From positions 9,370 through 73,369 of the forward strand of contig CAWBRE010000012.1 in the NCBI GenBank assembly GCA_963791095.1: a stretch of DNA of 64,000 nucleotides, read 5' to 3'. A program made the translations under genes and the position numbers. Every line of letters starts with the position of its first letter. The stretch's first letter is position 1. The notes beneath the pieces were generated by a model, which did not search any database, had not been told where the DNA came from, and worked only from the letters and a program-made list of their open reading frames with translations. The stretch comes from an uncultured Solirubrobacterales bacterium (GTDB lineage: Bacteria > Actinomycetota > Thermoleophilia > Solirubrobacterales > 70-9). This document shows positions 43,228 to 52,762 of the stretch, piece after piece.

Positions 43228-44343
43228 TTATCCGGTGGGTGATGGTCCGGTCGGCCATCGCGAGTAGAGGGGCTTGGAAGCTATCCGCGCCGGTCGATGC
43301 TTGCCGCGCACGTCGATCTGGACCTCGGTACCCGGCTCGGCCAGGGCGCTCTCGACGTAGGCCATCCCGGCGCCGATCTCCAGGGAGGGCGCGAAGGTGC
43401 CGCTGGTCACCGTGCCGACCACCGCGCCGCCCTCGCCCAGCACCGGGTTGCCGTCGCGAGGGATGCCGCCACCCTCGATCGTGAAGGGGACGAGCCGCTC
43501 GGGGGTGCCGTCGGCGCGCGCCGCGGCGATCGTCGGCGAGCCGAGGAAGCCGGTCGCCTCCTTGCAGCACCAGCCGAGGTCGGCCTCGATCGGGTTGCGC
43601 TCGGTCGACAGCTCGTGGCCGTGCAGCGGGTAACAGACCTCCAGCCGCAGGGTGTCGCGGGCGCCGAGCCCGCAGGGGATGACGCCCGCGTCGCGCAGCT
43701 CTTTGAAGACCGGGATCGCGACCTCGGGGTCGATCAGCATCTCGACCCCGTCCTCGCCGGTGTAGCCGGTGCCGCAGATCAGCGCCGGGCGGCGGCCGAT
43801 GTTGTGGGCGGCGACGTGGAATCGCGCCGGCAGCTCGATGCCGAGCGTGCGGGTGAGGACGGCGCGGGCATGCGGGCCCTGCACGGCGAGCATCGCGTAG
43901 CGGTCGGCGACGTCGCGGACGTGGACCTCGTAGTCGCGGGACCAGCGCCCGAGCCAGGCGAGGTCGGTCTCGTGGTTGGCCGCGTTGGTGACGACCATGT
44001 ACCGATCGCTGCCGAGGCGGTAACAGAAGAGGTCGTCGATCACGCCGCCCGCCTCGTTGCAGAGGCACGAATACTGGGCGCCGCCGACGGCGATCTTCGC
44101 CACGTCGTTGGAGAGCACCAGTTGCAGGAAGGCGAGCGCCCCCGGCCCCTCGACCTCGACCTCGCCCATGTGGGAGACGTCGAACATCCCGACATGCGTC
44201 CGCACCGCGGAGTGCTCCTCCTTGATCCCCTCATAGAGGACCGGCATCTCCCAACCCGCAAAGGGCACCAATTTGGCCCCCAGCTCCTCATGCTGCTCGA
44301 AGAGAGGGGTGCGACGAAGTTGCTGAACCGGAGGAGTCGCCAT
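43228..44343 (-). CDS. gcvT: Glycine cleavage system aminomethyltransferase T
   Basis: 371 aa. FAGWEMPV, MFDVSHMG, GYTGEDG. Confidence 0.95.
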   Translation of the reverse strand: MATPPVQQLRRTPLFEQHEELGAKLVPFAGWEMPVLYEGIKEEHSAVRTHVGMFDVSHMGEVEVEGPGALAFLQLVLSNDVAKIAVGGAQYSCLCNEAGGVIDDLFCYRLGSDRYMVVTNAANHETDLAWLGRWSRDYEVHVRDVADRYAMLAVQGPHARAVLTRTLGIELPARFHVAAHNIGRRPALICGTGYTGEDGVEMLIDPEVAIPVFKELRDAGVIPCGLGARDTLRLEVCYPLHGHELSTERNPIEADLGWCCKEATGFLGSPTIAAARADGTPERLVPFTIEGGGIPRDGNPVLGEGGAVVGTVTSGTFAPSLEIGAGMAYVESALAEPGTEVQIDVRGKHRPARIASKPLYSRWPTGPSPTG

Positions 44344-44492
44344 CGCGCCTCAGCTCTCAGTGGAAGGAGTCGCCATCGACCCCAGCGTATTCCCTGGGCG
44401 CGCTCGCCGGACCCCTCGGGAGTTCCTCACCAGGAACTCCCCGCGAAGCGGGCCTGGAGAGGGACTCCCGAGGGGTCCCCCACCAGCCCGAC
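44344..44492 (-). promoter_or_regulatory. Structured 149-nt gcvT leader (three-way-junction-like; weak resemblance to a single glycine riboswitch aptamer)
   Basis: 13-bp long-range stem ACCCCTCGGGAGT/ACTCCCGAGGGGT enclosing two hairpins. Elements GGGGAG-hairpin-CCGAGGGG-hairpin-CAGG are ordered like a glycine aptamer, but the conserved GAAGGAGCAA core is not matched. Confidence 0.3.
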
Positions 44493-45572
44493 CTACTCTT
44501 TGAGGAACCCCGGCACGTCGATGTCGTCATCCGACACCCGCAGTTTGCGAATGTCGGTGTCCTCGGCGGAGACCCGCGGCCGTGACTCGTAGCGCCGCCG
44601 CACGCGCTGAGGCGAGCGGGCGAGGAGCTCGAAGCCCTCGAAGCCGGTGGCGATCACGGTGACCCGGATCTCGTCGTGCATCGACTGGTCGACGACCGAG
44701 CCGAAGATGATGTTGGCGTTGTCGTCGGCCTCTGCCTGGACCAGCTGGGCCGCCTCGTTGACCTCGAACAGGCCGAGGTCCTCGGGGCCGGTGATGTTCA
44801 GCAGCATCCCGGTCGCGCCTTTGATCGACTCCTCGATCAGCGGCGAGGTGATCGCCGCTTTGGCCGCTTCGAGCGCGCGTTTCTCGCCCGAGGCCGAGCC
44901 GACGCCCATCAGCGCCGAACCGGCGTCGCGCATGATCGTGCGCACGTCGGCGAAGTCGAGGTTGATCAGGCCGGGGATCGTGATCAGGTCGGTGATGCCC
45001 TGGACGCCTTGGCGCAGGATGTCGTCGGCCTGACGGAAGGCGTCGAGGACGCTGGTCCGCCGCTCGACCGCCTGCAGCAGCTTCTCGTTCGGGACGATGA
45101 TCAGGGTGTCGACGTTGTTGCGCAGTTTCTCGATCCCCTCGAGCGCCTGCTGCATCCGTCGTTTGCCCTCGAACTCGAACGGTTTGGTGACCGCGCCGAC
45201 GGTGAGGGCGCCGATCTCCTCCTTGGCGATCTCGGCGATGACCGGCGCCGAGCCGGTGCCGGTGCCGCCACCCTCGCCCGCGGTGACGAAGACCATGTCG
45301 GCGCCCTTCAGCGCCTCCTTGATCTCGTCGCGGGACTCGGCCGCCGCGCCCGCGCCGACCTCGGGGTTACCGCCCGCGCCGAGGCCTCGGGTCAGCTCCT
45401 GGCCGATCGAAAGCTTGATGTCCGCATCGCAGGCCTGCAGCGCCTGGGCGTCAGTGTTGACGGCGACGAACTCGACGCCGCGGATGCCCGCGTCGATCAT
45501 GCGGCTGACCGCGTTGGTGCCACCGCCGCCGGCGCCAACGACCTTGATCACCGCTAGGTAAGTCGATTCCAT
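44493..45572 (-). CDS. ftsZ: Cell division protein FtsZ
   Basis: [37 protein letters not shown]. The ORF track offers a TTG start at 45617. ATG 45572 matches typical FtsZ N-termini. Confidence 0.95.
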   Translation of the reverse strand: MESTYLAVIKVVGAGGGGTNAVSRMIDAGIRGVEFVAVNTDAQALQACDADIKLSIGQELTRGLGAGGNPEVGAGAAAESRDEIKEALKGADMVFVTAGEGGGTGTGSAPVIAEIAKEEIGALTVGAVTKPFEFEGKRRMQQALEGIEKLRNNVDTLIIVPNEKLLQAVERRTSVLDAFRQADDILRQGVQGITDLITIPGLINLDFADVRTIMRDAGSALMGVGSASGEKRALEAAKAAITSPLIEESIKGATGMLLNITGPEDLGLFEVNEAAQLVQAEADDNANIIFGSVVDQSMHDEIRVTVIATGFEGFELLARSPQRVRRRYESRPRVSAEDTDIRKLRVSDDDIDVPGFLKE

Positions 45573-45883
45573 CTCCCGATTTCTTTCTGTTGGTGGGCCT
45601 GGTCGCCTCTTCGACAAATTCGGCGTCGAGGCTTAGCCACCTGTAATTGAGTTGAGCCTTTGATCTGTCCGAGGCTGTAGCGATGCTCCAGGGTTCGGAG
45701 GTTGCGCTCTAACCGCGGAAATTGCGCTCAACGTAGGGCATTCTGGAGGGTCTGTCAAACGGCCGCCCGGGGTCCTGCAAGGCAAAATTCTCAAGTTCGG
45801 GTTGAGAGTTTCGCATCTCTCAGCCTATGGTCGAGGGTTGGTCTCGACCCCGCATTCCGCCTAAGGGAGCGGGCGGCAACTAC

Positions 45884-46441
45884 CTAATTGGCGGGAGGAA
45901 GTTCGTGATCTTCGCCCCCCACCGCCGGGTGGGTCGGCGCCGTCACGTCTACATAACTGAGCAACGTCACAGAAGGATCGGCCAGCACCTCCGCCGCCGA
46001 TTCCCACTTGCGCGCGACTTCGCGATCGTCGCCGAAGCGGATTTCGATCCCGGTGGCCGTCTCGAGGGCGACCCCGCTCTTGCCGTACTTGGCGCTCGCG
46101 ATGTAGCGGCGGATCGCGGCCGGAGCGGCGGCGATCACGTGCACCTCTTCGAGCACGTGGCCCTTCACCTGGTCGCCCTTCGGCCGTTTCTTCAGCGCCA
46201 GCACGACCAGGTGCTTCTGCTGCTTGCCGCCGCCGCCCTTGTTCGAGTCGGGGGCGGTGCGGGTGCCGAGGATCCTGCCGTCATCGCCGACCATGACCAC
46301 GGTCTTGCCCTCGCCGATCTGGGCCACCGGCGTCGTCGGCTGCGCCTCGGCGGTTGGGGTCGAGGAGCCGCGCAGGGCGAACCAGTAGACGGCCACGGCG
46401 GCGACCGCGACGACCGCGACGGCGATCAGCGCGCGCCTCAT
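45884..46441 (-). CDS. ftsQ: Short FtsQ/DivIB-like cell division protein
   Basis: MRRALIAVAVVAVAAVAVYWF (TM) plus a domain of about 150 aa. ATGA overlap with the murB stop. Assignment rests mainly on its position between murB and ftsZ. Confidence 0.55.
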   Translation of the reverse strand: MRRALIAVAVVAVAAVAVYWFALRGSSTPTAEAQPTTPVAQIGEGKTVVMVGDDGRILGTRTAPDSNKGGGGKQQKHLVVLALKKRPKGDQVKGHVLEEVHVIAAAPAAIRRYIASAKYGKSGVALETATGIEIRFGDDREVARKWESAAEVLADPSVTLLSYVDVTAPTHPAVGGEDHELPPAN

Positions 46442-47358
46442 GCGTCCTCCCAACCGGGGACGACGACGTCGCCCAGCACGTGCACCTCGGGCTCGAGCTC
46501 GACGCCGAACCGCTCCTTCACCCGGCGCCGCCCCTCGGCCATCAGCGCGAGCACGTCGGCGGTGGTCGCCTCGCCGGTGTTCTCGACGAAGTTCGCGTGC
46601 TTCTCGGAGAAGCGGGCGCCGCCGTGGGTGAGGCCGCGGCAGCCGGCCGCCTCCAGCAACTGCCCGGCAGAGCGGCCCTCGGCGCGCGCGTCCTCGGGGT
46701 TCTTGAAGGTGGAGCCGAAGGTCTTGATCCCGGAGGGCTGGGCCTCTTTGCGGCGGCCGCGCATCGAGGCGAGCGTGGCGCGCACCTCGTCGGGGTCGCT
46801 GGGCTCGAGCGCGAAGGAGGCGCGGGAGACCACTTCGCCCGCGGCCAGGTTGGAGTTGCGATAGGCGAAGCCGAAGGCGTCCGGGGTGCGCCGCTCGGTG
46901 CCGGCCGCGGTCGTCACCTCGACCCACTCCAGCACCTCGGCCAACTGCCCGCCGTAGGCGTTGGCGTTCATCCGTACCGCGCCACCGACGGTGCCGGGGA
47001 TGTTGACCCCGAACTCGAGCCCCGCCAGGCCCCAGCCCGGCGTCTTGCCGGCGACCGAGGGCAGCCGGGCGCCACCGCCGCAGCGCAGGTGCGTGCCATC
47101 GCGCTCGACCTCGGTCAACGCACCGTCCAACTTCATCGCCAGTCCTCGGAATCCGTCATCCGCTACCAGGAGGTTCGAGCCCGAGCCGACCACTCCTACC
47201 GGGACGGACGCCTTTTCTGCCCAGGCCAGCAGGGCGGCGAGGTCGTCTTGGGACGCAGGGCGGGCGAAGAAGTCGGCGGGGCCGCCGGTGCGGACCGTGG
47301 TGAGGCGGGCCAGGGGGTAGTCGCGCTCGACGCCGGGTGGGGGTTCGTTGTGGGAGGA
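46438..47358 (-). CDS. murB: UDP-N-acetylenolpyruvoylglucosamine reductase (C-terminal half of the fused 805-aa murC-murB ORF)
   Basis: ..YPLARLTTVRTGGPADFF..GSGSNLLVADDGFRG..GGAVRMNANAYGG..FKNP. No stop and no ATG separate it from murC. Confidence 0.85.
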   Translation of the reverse strand, partial: SSHNEPPPGVERDYPLARLTTVRTGGPADFFARPASQDDLAALLAWAEKASVPVGVVGSGSNLLVADDGFRGLAMKLDGALTEVERDGTHLRCGGGARLPSVAGKTPGWGLAGLEFGVNIPGTVGGAVRMNANAYGGQLAEVLEWVEVTTAAGTERRTPDAFGFAYRNSNLAAGEVVSRASFALEPSDPDEVRATLASMRGRRKEAQPSGIKTFGSTFKNPEDARAEGRSAGQLLEAAGCRGLTHGGARFSEKHANFVENTGEATTADVLALMAEGRRRVKERFGVELEPEVHVLGDVVVPGWEDA

Positions 47359-47425
47359 GGGGGACGAGGGGGACCCTTCCCTCACGAACTGCGGGGAGGT
47401 TCGTCCAGGGTCCCCCTCGTCCCCC
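47359..47425. repeat. Family A hairpin element, copy 3, forming the in-frame linker between murC and murB
   Basis: 19-bp perfect stem GGGGGACGAGGGGGACCCT/AGGGTCCCCCTCGTCCCCC around the identical 29-nt core. Translated as KGDEGDPGRTSPQFVREGSPSSP. Confidence 0.85.
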
Positions 47426-48855
47426 TTCACGGAAGCCTCGCCCGGGTTGGGGGATACCAGGGCCTCCCCCAGCTTGAAGATGTCTCCGGCGCCGATGGTG
47501 ACCAGGATGGAGCCCTCGGGAACGGATTCCAGGCGGCGCTTCAGGAACGCTTCGGCGCGGGCGGCGGTTGGGAGCCAGGCGACTGGTTTGCCCTTGCCTC
47601 GATCCGCGGCGGCTCGGGCTACGTCTAGGCCGCTGACGCCGGCCAGGGGGCCGATCGGCTCCTCGCGGGCGGGATAGACGTCGAGGACGGCGATCTCGTC
47701 GGCGAGGGCGAGGGCGGCGCCGAACTCGGCGGCGAAGACCTTGGTGCGCGAGTAGAGGTGGGGCTGGAAGACGGCGAGGAGGCGCGGCGGGGCCAGGCCG
47801 CGCAGGGCCGAGAGGGCGGCGCGGACCTCGGTCGGGTGGTGGGCGTAGTCGTCATATATGCGGACCCCCCCGCGCTCGCCCTTCACCTCAAGCCGGCGGC
47901 GGACGCCGCGGAAGTCGGCGAGCGCCGCGGCGGCGCGGTCGAGGTCGAACCCGGCGGCCTCGAGCGCCGCCAGCGCCGCGCGCGCGTTGAGCACGTTGTG
48001 AGCGCCGGGAACCGCGAGGTCGAGCGAGGCGGTCGGCGGCTTGGCGGCGGAGAACTCGGCGAGGGTCGGCGGAGCGTCCGGCGGAGCCACGGAGCCTCCG
48101 GTCGCGGCCACCGTCGGTCCGCCGACTAGCGCCTCGCGGACCTCCTCGACCGCGCCGCCCTCGCGGCTCGGGGCCGGCAGCACCGCCACGCGGGACTTGG
48201 CGGCGAAGCCGACGAAGGCCTCGATCAGCGGCTCGAGCGAGCCCCATTTCGAGTGGTGGTCCATCTCGACGTTGGTGATCACGGCGACCTCGGGGTCGAG
48301 GCGGAGGAAGCTGCCGTCGGACTCGTCGGCCTCGGCCACCACCCAGTCGCTCGCTCCCCAGCCTGCGTTGGCCGGGGCGCCGTCGGGACCGAGCCCGGGG
48401 ACCTCGCCGCCGACGAAGAAGGCCGGGTCCTCGCCCAGTCCGCGGAGGGCCCAGACCGCCATCGCGGTCGTCGTCGTCTTGCCGTGGGTGCCGGCGATCG
48501 CGATCAACCGCTTCTCCGCGCAGAGCTCGGCCAGCAGCTCGCCGCGGTGGATCACGGTGAGGCCGCGCTCATGGGCGAGGGCCAGCTCCGGGTTCTCGGC
48601 GGCGATCGCGGTCGAGACCACCACCTCCGCCCCCTCGGGCAGGTTGGCGGCGTCGTGGCCGATCGTCGGCTCGAGCCCCGCCGCCCGCAGACGCTCCATA
48701 TAAGAGGACTCGCTGCGGTCCGATCCGGTCACCTCGGCGCCGAGCCCGGCGCAGACCACCGCCAGCCCGCTCATCCCCGCCCCGCCGATGCCGATGAAGT
48801 GCAGCCGGCGCCCGCTCCAGTCCGTGCCCGTCACGCTTGGGCCCTGGCGCTGCAA
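47426..48855 (-). CDS. murC: UDP-N-acetylmuramate--L-alanine ligase (N-terminal half of the fused ORF)
   Basis: HFIGIGGAGMSGLA, IAGTHGKTTTTAM, DYAHHPTE, TIGAGDI. TTG 48855 or GTG about 48834 as start. Confidence 0.9.
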
Positions 48856-48862
48856 GGAGGTT

Positions 48863-48952
48863 GTAGACCTTGGTCGCCCACAGGGTTACCAAGCTCTACG
48901 ACCCCGGAGGGCTTCTGCCTTTTGTCGCCCACAGGGCGACAAAAGGCAGAAG
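48863..48952. repeat. Two tandem hairpins (family E) with different stems but the same loop motif CGCCCACAGGG, between murG and murC
   Basis: 48863-48899: 12-bp stem with 1 mismatch. 48912-48952: 18-19-bp perfect stem CTTCTGCCTTTTGTCGCC/GGCGACAAAAGGCAGAAG. Confidence 0.75.
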
Positions 48953-48984
48953 GTTGGCGGCGGGCGAGGGTTTGGTCGAGCCCG

Positions 48985-50097
48985 TCACTTGACCGCGGCC
49001 TCCAGGACCTGGTCGGCGATCGTGCGCGCGGCGTGGGGCTTGGCCAGGTCGCGGGCGGCGGCCGACATCTTCGCCAGGCGCTCCGGGTCGCGCAGGATCC
49101 CGCCGACCTCGGCCAGCAGCTTTACCGGGTCGAGGGCGTCGTCTTCGACGATCGTCGCCGCGCCCGCCCTCTCCATCCACCTTGCGTTGGCGCGCTGGTG
49201 GTCGGCGGTCGCGTAGGGATACGGGACCAGGACCGCGGGGCGGCCGGCGGCGGTGAACTCGAAGATCGAGCCGCCCGAGCGTCCCAGGACCAGATCGCTC
49301 GCCGCCAGCACGTCGCCGAGGTTCGGCTCGTACTCGATCAACTCGTAGCCCTCCTTATATGGAGCGCCCGCGAGGCGCTCGCGCAGATCGGCGTAGTCAC
49401 GCGTCCCCGCCAGGTGCAGGACGCGGAAGTCACGGCCCTCGCGCTCGGCGAACGCCTCGACCGCGGCGAAGTTGACCGACTTCGCTCCCTGGCTGCCGCC
49501 GACCACGAGCAGCGCCCGCTCGTCGGCCCCGATCCCGAACCGCGCCCGCGCCGCGCGCGGGTCCGCGGCCAGCACCGCCTCGGGCACCGGCCGTCCCGTC
49601 ACCAGGTAGCGATCGCCGTCGCGCCCCTCGATCGGGAACGCCAGGCACACCCTTCCCGCCCTTGCGGCCAGCAGCCGGTTCGCGAGGCCGAGGTGGCTGT
49701 CGGCCTCGGTCAGCACCAGGGGCGTGCGGGTCAGCGTCGCCGCCAGCCCGGCCGGACCGGCCACGTAGCCCCCGCCGCCCAGCACCACGTCGGCGCGCCG
49801 CCGCCGCAGCACCGCGCGCGCCGCCGCGACCGCGCCGAACGCCTCCACCCCGGCCCGCGCCGCGCGCAAGGGATTGCGACGGTCGATCCCGCGTACCTTC
49901 AGGAAGTCGATCTCGTAACCGGCGGCGGGCACCAGGTCCGCCTCCATCCGGTCGCGCGTCCCGAGCCAGCTGACCTCGGCACCGCGCTTACGTAGCTCGG
50001 CGGCGACCGCCATGGCGGGCACCACGTGCCCCGCGGTTCCCCCCGCCGCCACCACCACTCTTGGCCCTTCTGGCACCGCTCGAACCGTTCCTTTCAC
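48985..50097 (-). CDS. murG: Undecaprenyldiphospho-muramoylpentapeptide beta-N-acetylglucosaminyltransferase
   Basis: 370 aa. VVVAAGGTAGHVVPAMAVA, GGSQGA. GTG start. Confidence 0.92.
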   Translation of the reverse strand: MKGTVRAVPEGPRVVVAAGGTAGHVVPAMAVAAELRKRGAEVSWLGTRDRMEADLVPAAGYEIDFLKVRGIDRRNPLRAARAGVEAFGAVAAARAVLRRRRADVVLGGGGYVAGPAGLAATLTRTPLVLTEADSHLGLANRLLAARAGRVCLAFPIEGRDGDRYLVTGRPVPEAVLAADPRAARARFGIGADERALLVVGGSQGAKSVNFAAVEAFAEREGRDFRVLHLAGTRDYADLRERLAGAPYKEGYELIEYEPNLGDVLAASDLVLGRSGGSIFEFTAAGRPAVLVPYPYATADHQRANARWMERAGAATIVEDDALDPVKLLAEVGGILRDPERLAKMSAAARDLAKPHAARTIADQVLEAAVK

Positions 50098-51355
50098 GCG
50101 CGGGCTTGCGCCCGCCTTCGACTACCCGCAGTCTTTCGGACCCGCTGGACGAGCTTGACGAGCCCCGCCCGCCGGTCGTCCGCACGGCGCTCGCGGTGCC
50201 CCCGCGGGCGACGTTCAGGATCAGGCCGACCGCGAACAGGCACGACAGCAGCGCCGAGTTACCGTAGGAGATGAAGGGCAGCGGCACGCCGGTCAGCGGC
50301 GCCAGCCCCATCACCGCGAAGAGGTTGATCGCCGCCGTCACCAGCACCATCGAGGTCAGCCCGGCGACGAGGATCTTGCCGTAGTTGTCCTTCGCCTTCT
50401 GGGCGATCCGCAGCCCGGCGAAGCCGAACATGCCGAAGAGGCCGACGACGCCGAGGATCCCGACCAGGCCGAGCTCCTCGCCGATCACCGCCGAGATCAT
50501 GTCGGTGTGGGCCTCGGGCAGGTAGAAGGCCTTCTGCACGCCGTTGCCGATGCCGACCCCGAAGATGCCGCCGGAGCCGAGCGCGATCTTCGCCTGCGCG
50601 GCCTGGAAGCCGGCGCCTTCGGTGTCGCCGCTCGGGTGCAGGAAGCTGGTCAGGCGGGCCATCCGGTAGGGCTCGACGATCGTCAGCAGCAGGATGCAGA
50701 CGCCGATCCCGAGGGCGATCTTGCCGAGGTCCCGCGGGGCGACGCCGGCGGCGATCAGCGTGGCGCCGACGGCGAAGGCGATCACCATCGTCGTCCCCAT
50801 GTCCGGCTGCAGCATGACCAGCAGCGCCGCCGCCCCGGTGACCAGCAGGATCGGCATGAAGCCCTGGATCGAGCGGACGCGCTTCGGTTCGCGGGCGAGC
50901 ATGTCGGCGGCGTAGAGGACGAGCGCCACCTTCGCCAGCTCCGACGGCTGGATCTGGAAGGAGCCGCTGCCGATCCAGCGGGTCGCCCCGTTGACGCTCT
51001 GCCCGGCGCCGAGCACGACGACCAGGAGGAAGATCGAGCCGCCGAGCAGCAGCGGCGTCGCGCGGCGGATCGCCTCCAGCCCGTGGCGGGCGGTGAAGTG
51101 CATGATCACCAGGCCGATCGCGCCGACGATCAGCGTGCGCTGGAGGTAGTAGGCCGAGTCGGCGAGGCCGCCGTTCTGCAGCACCTGGGTGGTCGAGGAG
51201 GCGGAGAAGACCATCACCGCGCCGAAGGCGAGCAGGCAGAGGGTCGCGGTCAGCAGCAGGCTGTACTCGGTCGAGACCGCGAGCGCCTTCGACTTGCTCT
51301 TCTTCTTCGCCTTCGCCGGGCGGGCGCGGCCGAGGGCGACGGAGAGGCTGGTCAT
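49988..51355 (-). CDS. ftsW: Peptidoglycan glycosyltransferase FtsW (SEDS family)
   Basis: MTSLSVALGRARPAKAKKK.. then 10 TM. QPSELAKVAL, LQPDMGTT, GGIFGVGIGNG, PEAHTDMI. ATGA overlap with the murD stop. The last ~36 codons overlap murG and may be out of frame. Confidence 0.88.
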   Translation of the reverse strand: MTSLSVALGRARPAKAKKKSKSKALAVSTEYSLLLTATLCLLAFGAVMVFSASSTTQVLQNGGLADSAYYLQRTLIVGAIGLVIMHFTARHGLEAIRRATPLLLGGSIFLLVVVLGAGQSVNGATRWIGSGSFQIQPSELAKVALVLYAADMLAREPKRVRSIQGFMPILLVTGAAALLVMLQPDMGTTMVIAFAVGATLIAAGVAPRDLGKIALGIGVCILLLTIVEPYRMARLTSFLHPSGDTEGAGFQAAQAKIALGSGGIFGVGIGNGVQKAFYLPEAHTDMISAVIGEELGLVGILGVVGLFGMFGFAGLRIAQKAKDNYGKILVAGLTSMVLVTAAINLFAVMGLAPLTGVPLPFISYGNSALLSCLFAVGLILNVARGGTASAVRTTGGRGSSSSSSGSERLRVVEGGRKPARERNGSSGARRAKSGGGGGGNRGARGARHGGRRRAT

Positions 51356-52762
51356 GCCCGGCCCGCCTCGGGCTCGCCGGCCTCGGACCCGAGCGCGGCG
51401 ACGATCTCGCGGAAGCGCTCGCCGCGCGCCTCGAAGTTGGCGAAGGCGTCGAAGCTGGCGCAGGCGGGGCTGAGCAGGACGACCTCGCCGGGCGCGGCCG
51501 CGGCGGCGGCGGTGCGGACCGCGTCCTCGAGGTCGGCGACGCGGCGCAGCGGCACCCCGGCCTCGGCCAGCGGCGCCAGCTCGGCCGCCATCCGGGCGGC
51601 GGTGTCGCCGAGCAGGTAGGCGGCGACGGCGCGCTGGGCCAGCGGCGCGACCAGCGGCGCGAACGGCTCGCCCTTGTCGCTGCCGCCGAGGATCGCGTGG
51701 ACGCCGCCGTCGAAGCTGCCGATGCCGACCGCGGCGGAGGCGACGTTGGTCGCCTTGGAGTCGTTGACGAAGCGGACGCCGTCGATCGTCGGCGACCGGC
51801 TCGAGCCGGTGCGGGACGCCGGCGAAGCTGCGCAGCCCGGCGCGGACCGCGTCGCGGTCGATGCCGAAGGCGAGCGCCGCCGCGGCGGCCGCCATCGCGT
51901 TCTCGACGTTGTGCTCGCCGGGGATGCCGAGCTCCTCGGTCCCCAGCAGCGGTTCGCCGTCCCAGAAGATCGTCCCCTCGGCCGCCGCCACCTCGCAGTC
52001 GGGAGAGGCGCCGCGGCAGAACTCGATCCGCCGCGCGCAGCCGCCGAGGTCGACGCCGGCCAGCTCGGGATCGTCGCCGTTCCAGACCGCGACGTCGTCG
52101 TTGCCCTGGTTGGCGAAGACGCGCAGCTTCGCCTCGCGGTAGGCCGGGAGGTCGCCGTGGCGGTCGAGGTGATCGGGCGCCAGGTTCAGGAAGATCGCGC
52201 CCTCGGGGCTGAAGAGGCTGGTGTCCTCGAGCTGGAAGCTGGAGACCTCGGCGACGACGGTCGCGTCGGGTTCGATCTCGCCGACCAGGCCGGCCAGCGG
52301 CACGCCGACGTTGCCCGCCACCGCGACCGGCTCGCCGGCGCCGCGGAAGATGTGGCCGAGCAGCTCGACCGTGGTCGTCTTGCCGTTGGTGCCGGTCACG
52401 GCGAGGAAGCGGTTGGGCAGGGCGCGCCAGGCGAGCTCGAGCTCACCGGTGACCTCGATCCCCCGCTCCAGCGCGGCCGCGATCACCGCCGCCTCCCGGG
52501 GAACTCCCGGGCTCTTGACGACCGTGTGCGTGCCCTCGAGCTGTGCCAATCCATCCGTATCCAGGACAACTTCGACGCCGTAGCGGGAAAGCCTTTCCGC
52601 TCCCTCGGGATGTCCCGAATCGACCGCCCGGACCCGCTCGCCGCGGGCGGCGAGGAGGTGCGCGGCGGCCTGGCCCGAGCGGGCGAGCCCGACCACCAGG
52701 AACGGCCCGCGCGACAGCGGCGGGCGAACTTCCTTGGCGGGGATCAAAGGCATCAGTCGCAT
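51352..52762 (-). CDS. murD: UDP-N-acetylmuramoylalanine--D-glutamate ligase; frame broken by one extra base near 51787-51793
   Basis: MRLMPLIPAK..VVGLARSG..VTGTNGKTTT..HRLEPVA reads in the run-on ORF 49988..52891. IDGVRFVNDSKATNVAS..SPACASFDAFANFEARGERF..* reads in the +1 frame (ORF 51352..51591). Confidence 0.88.
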
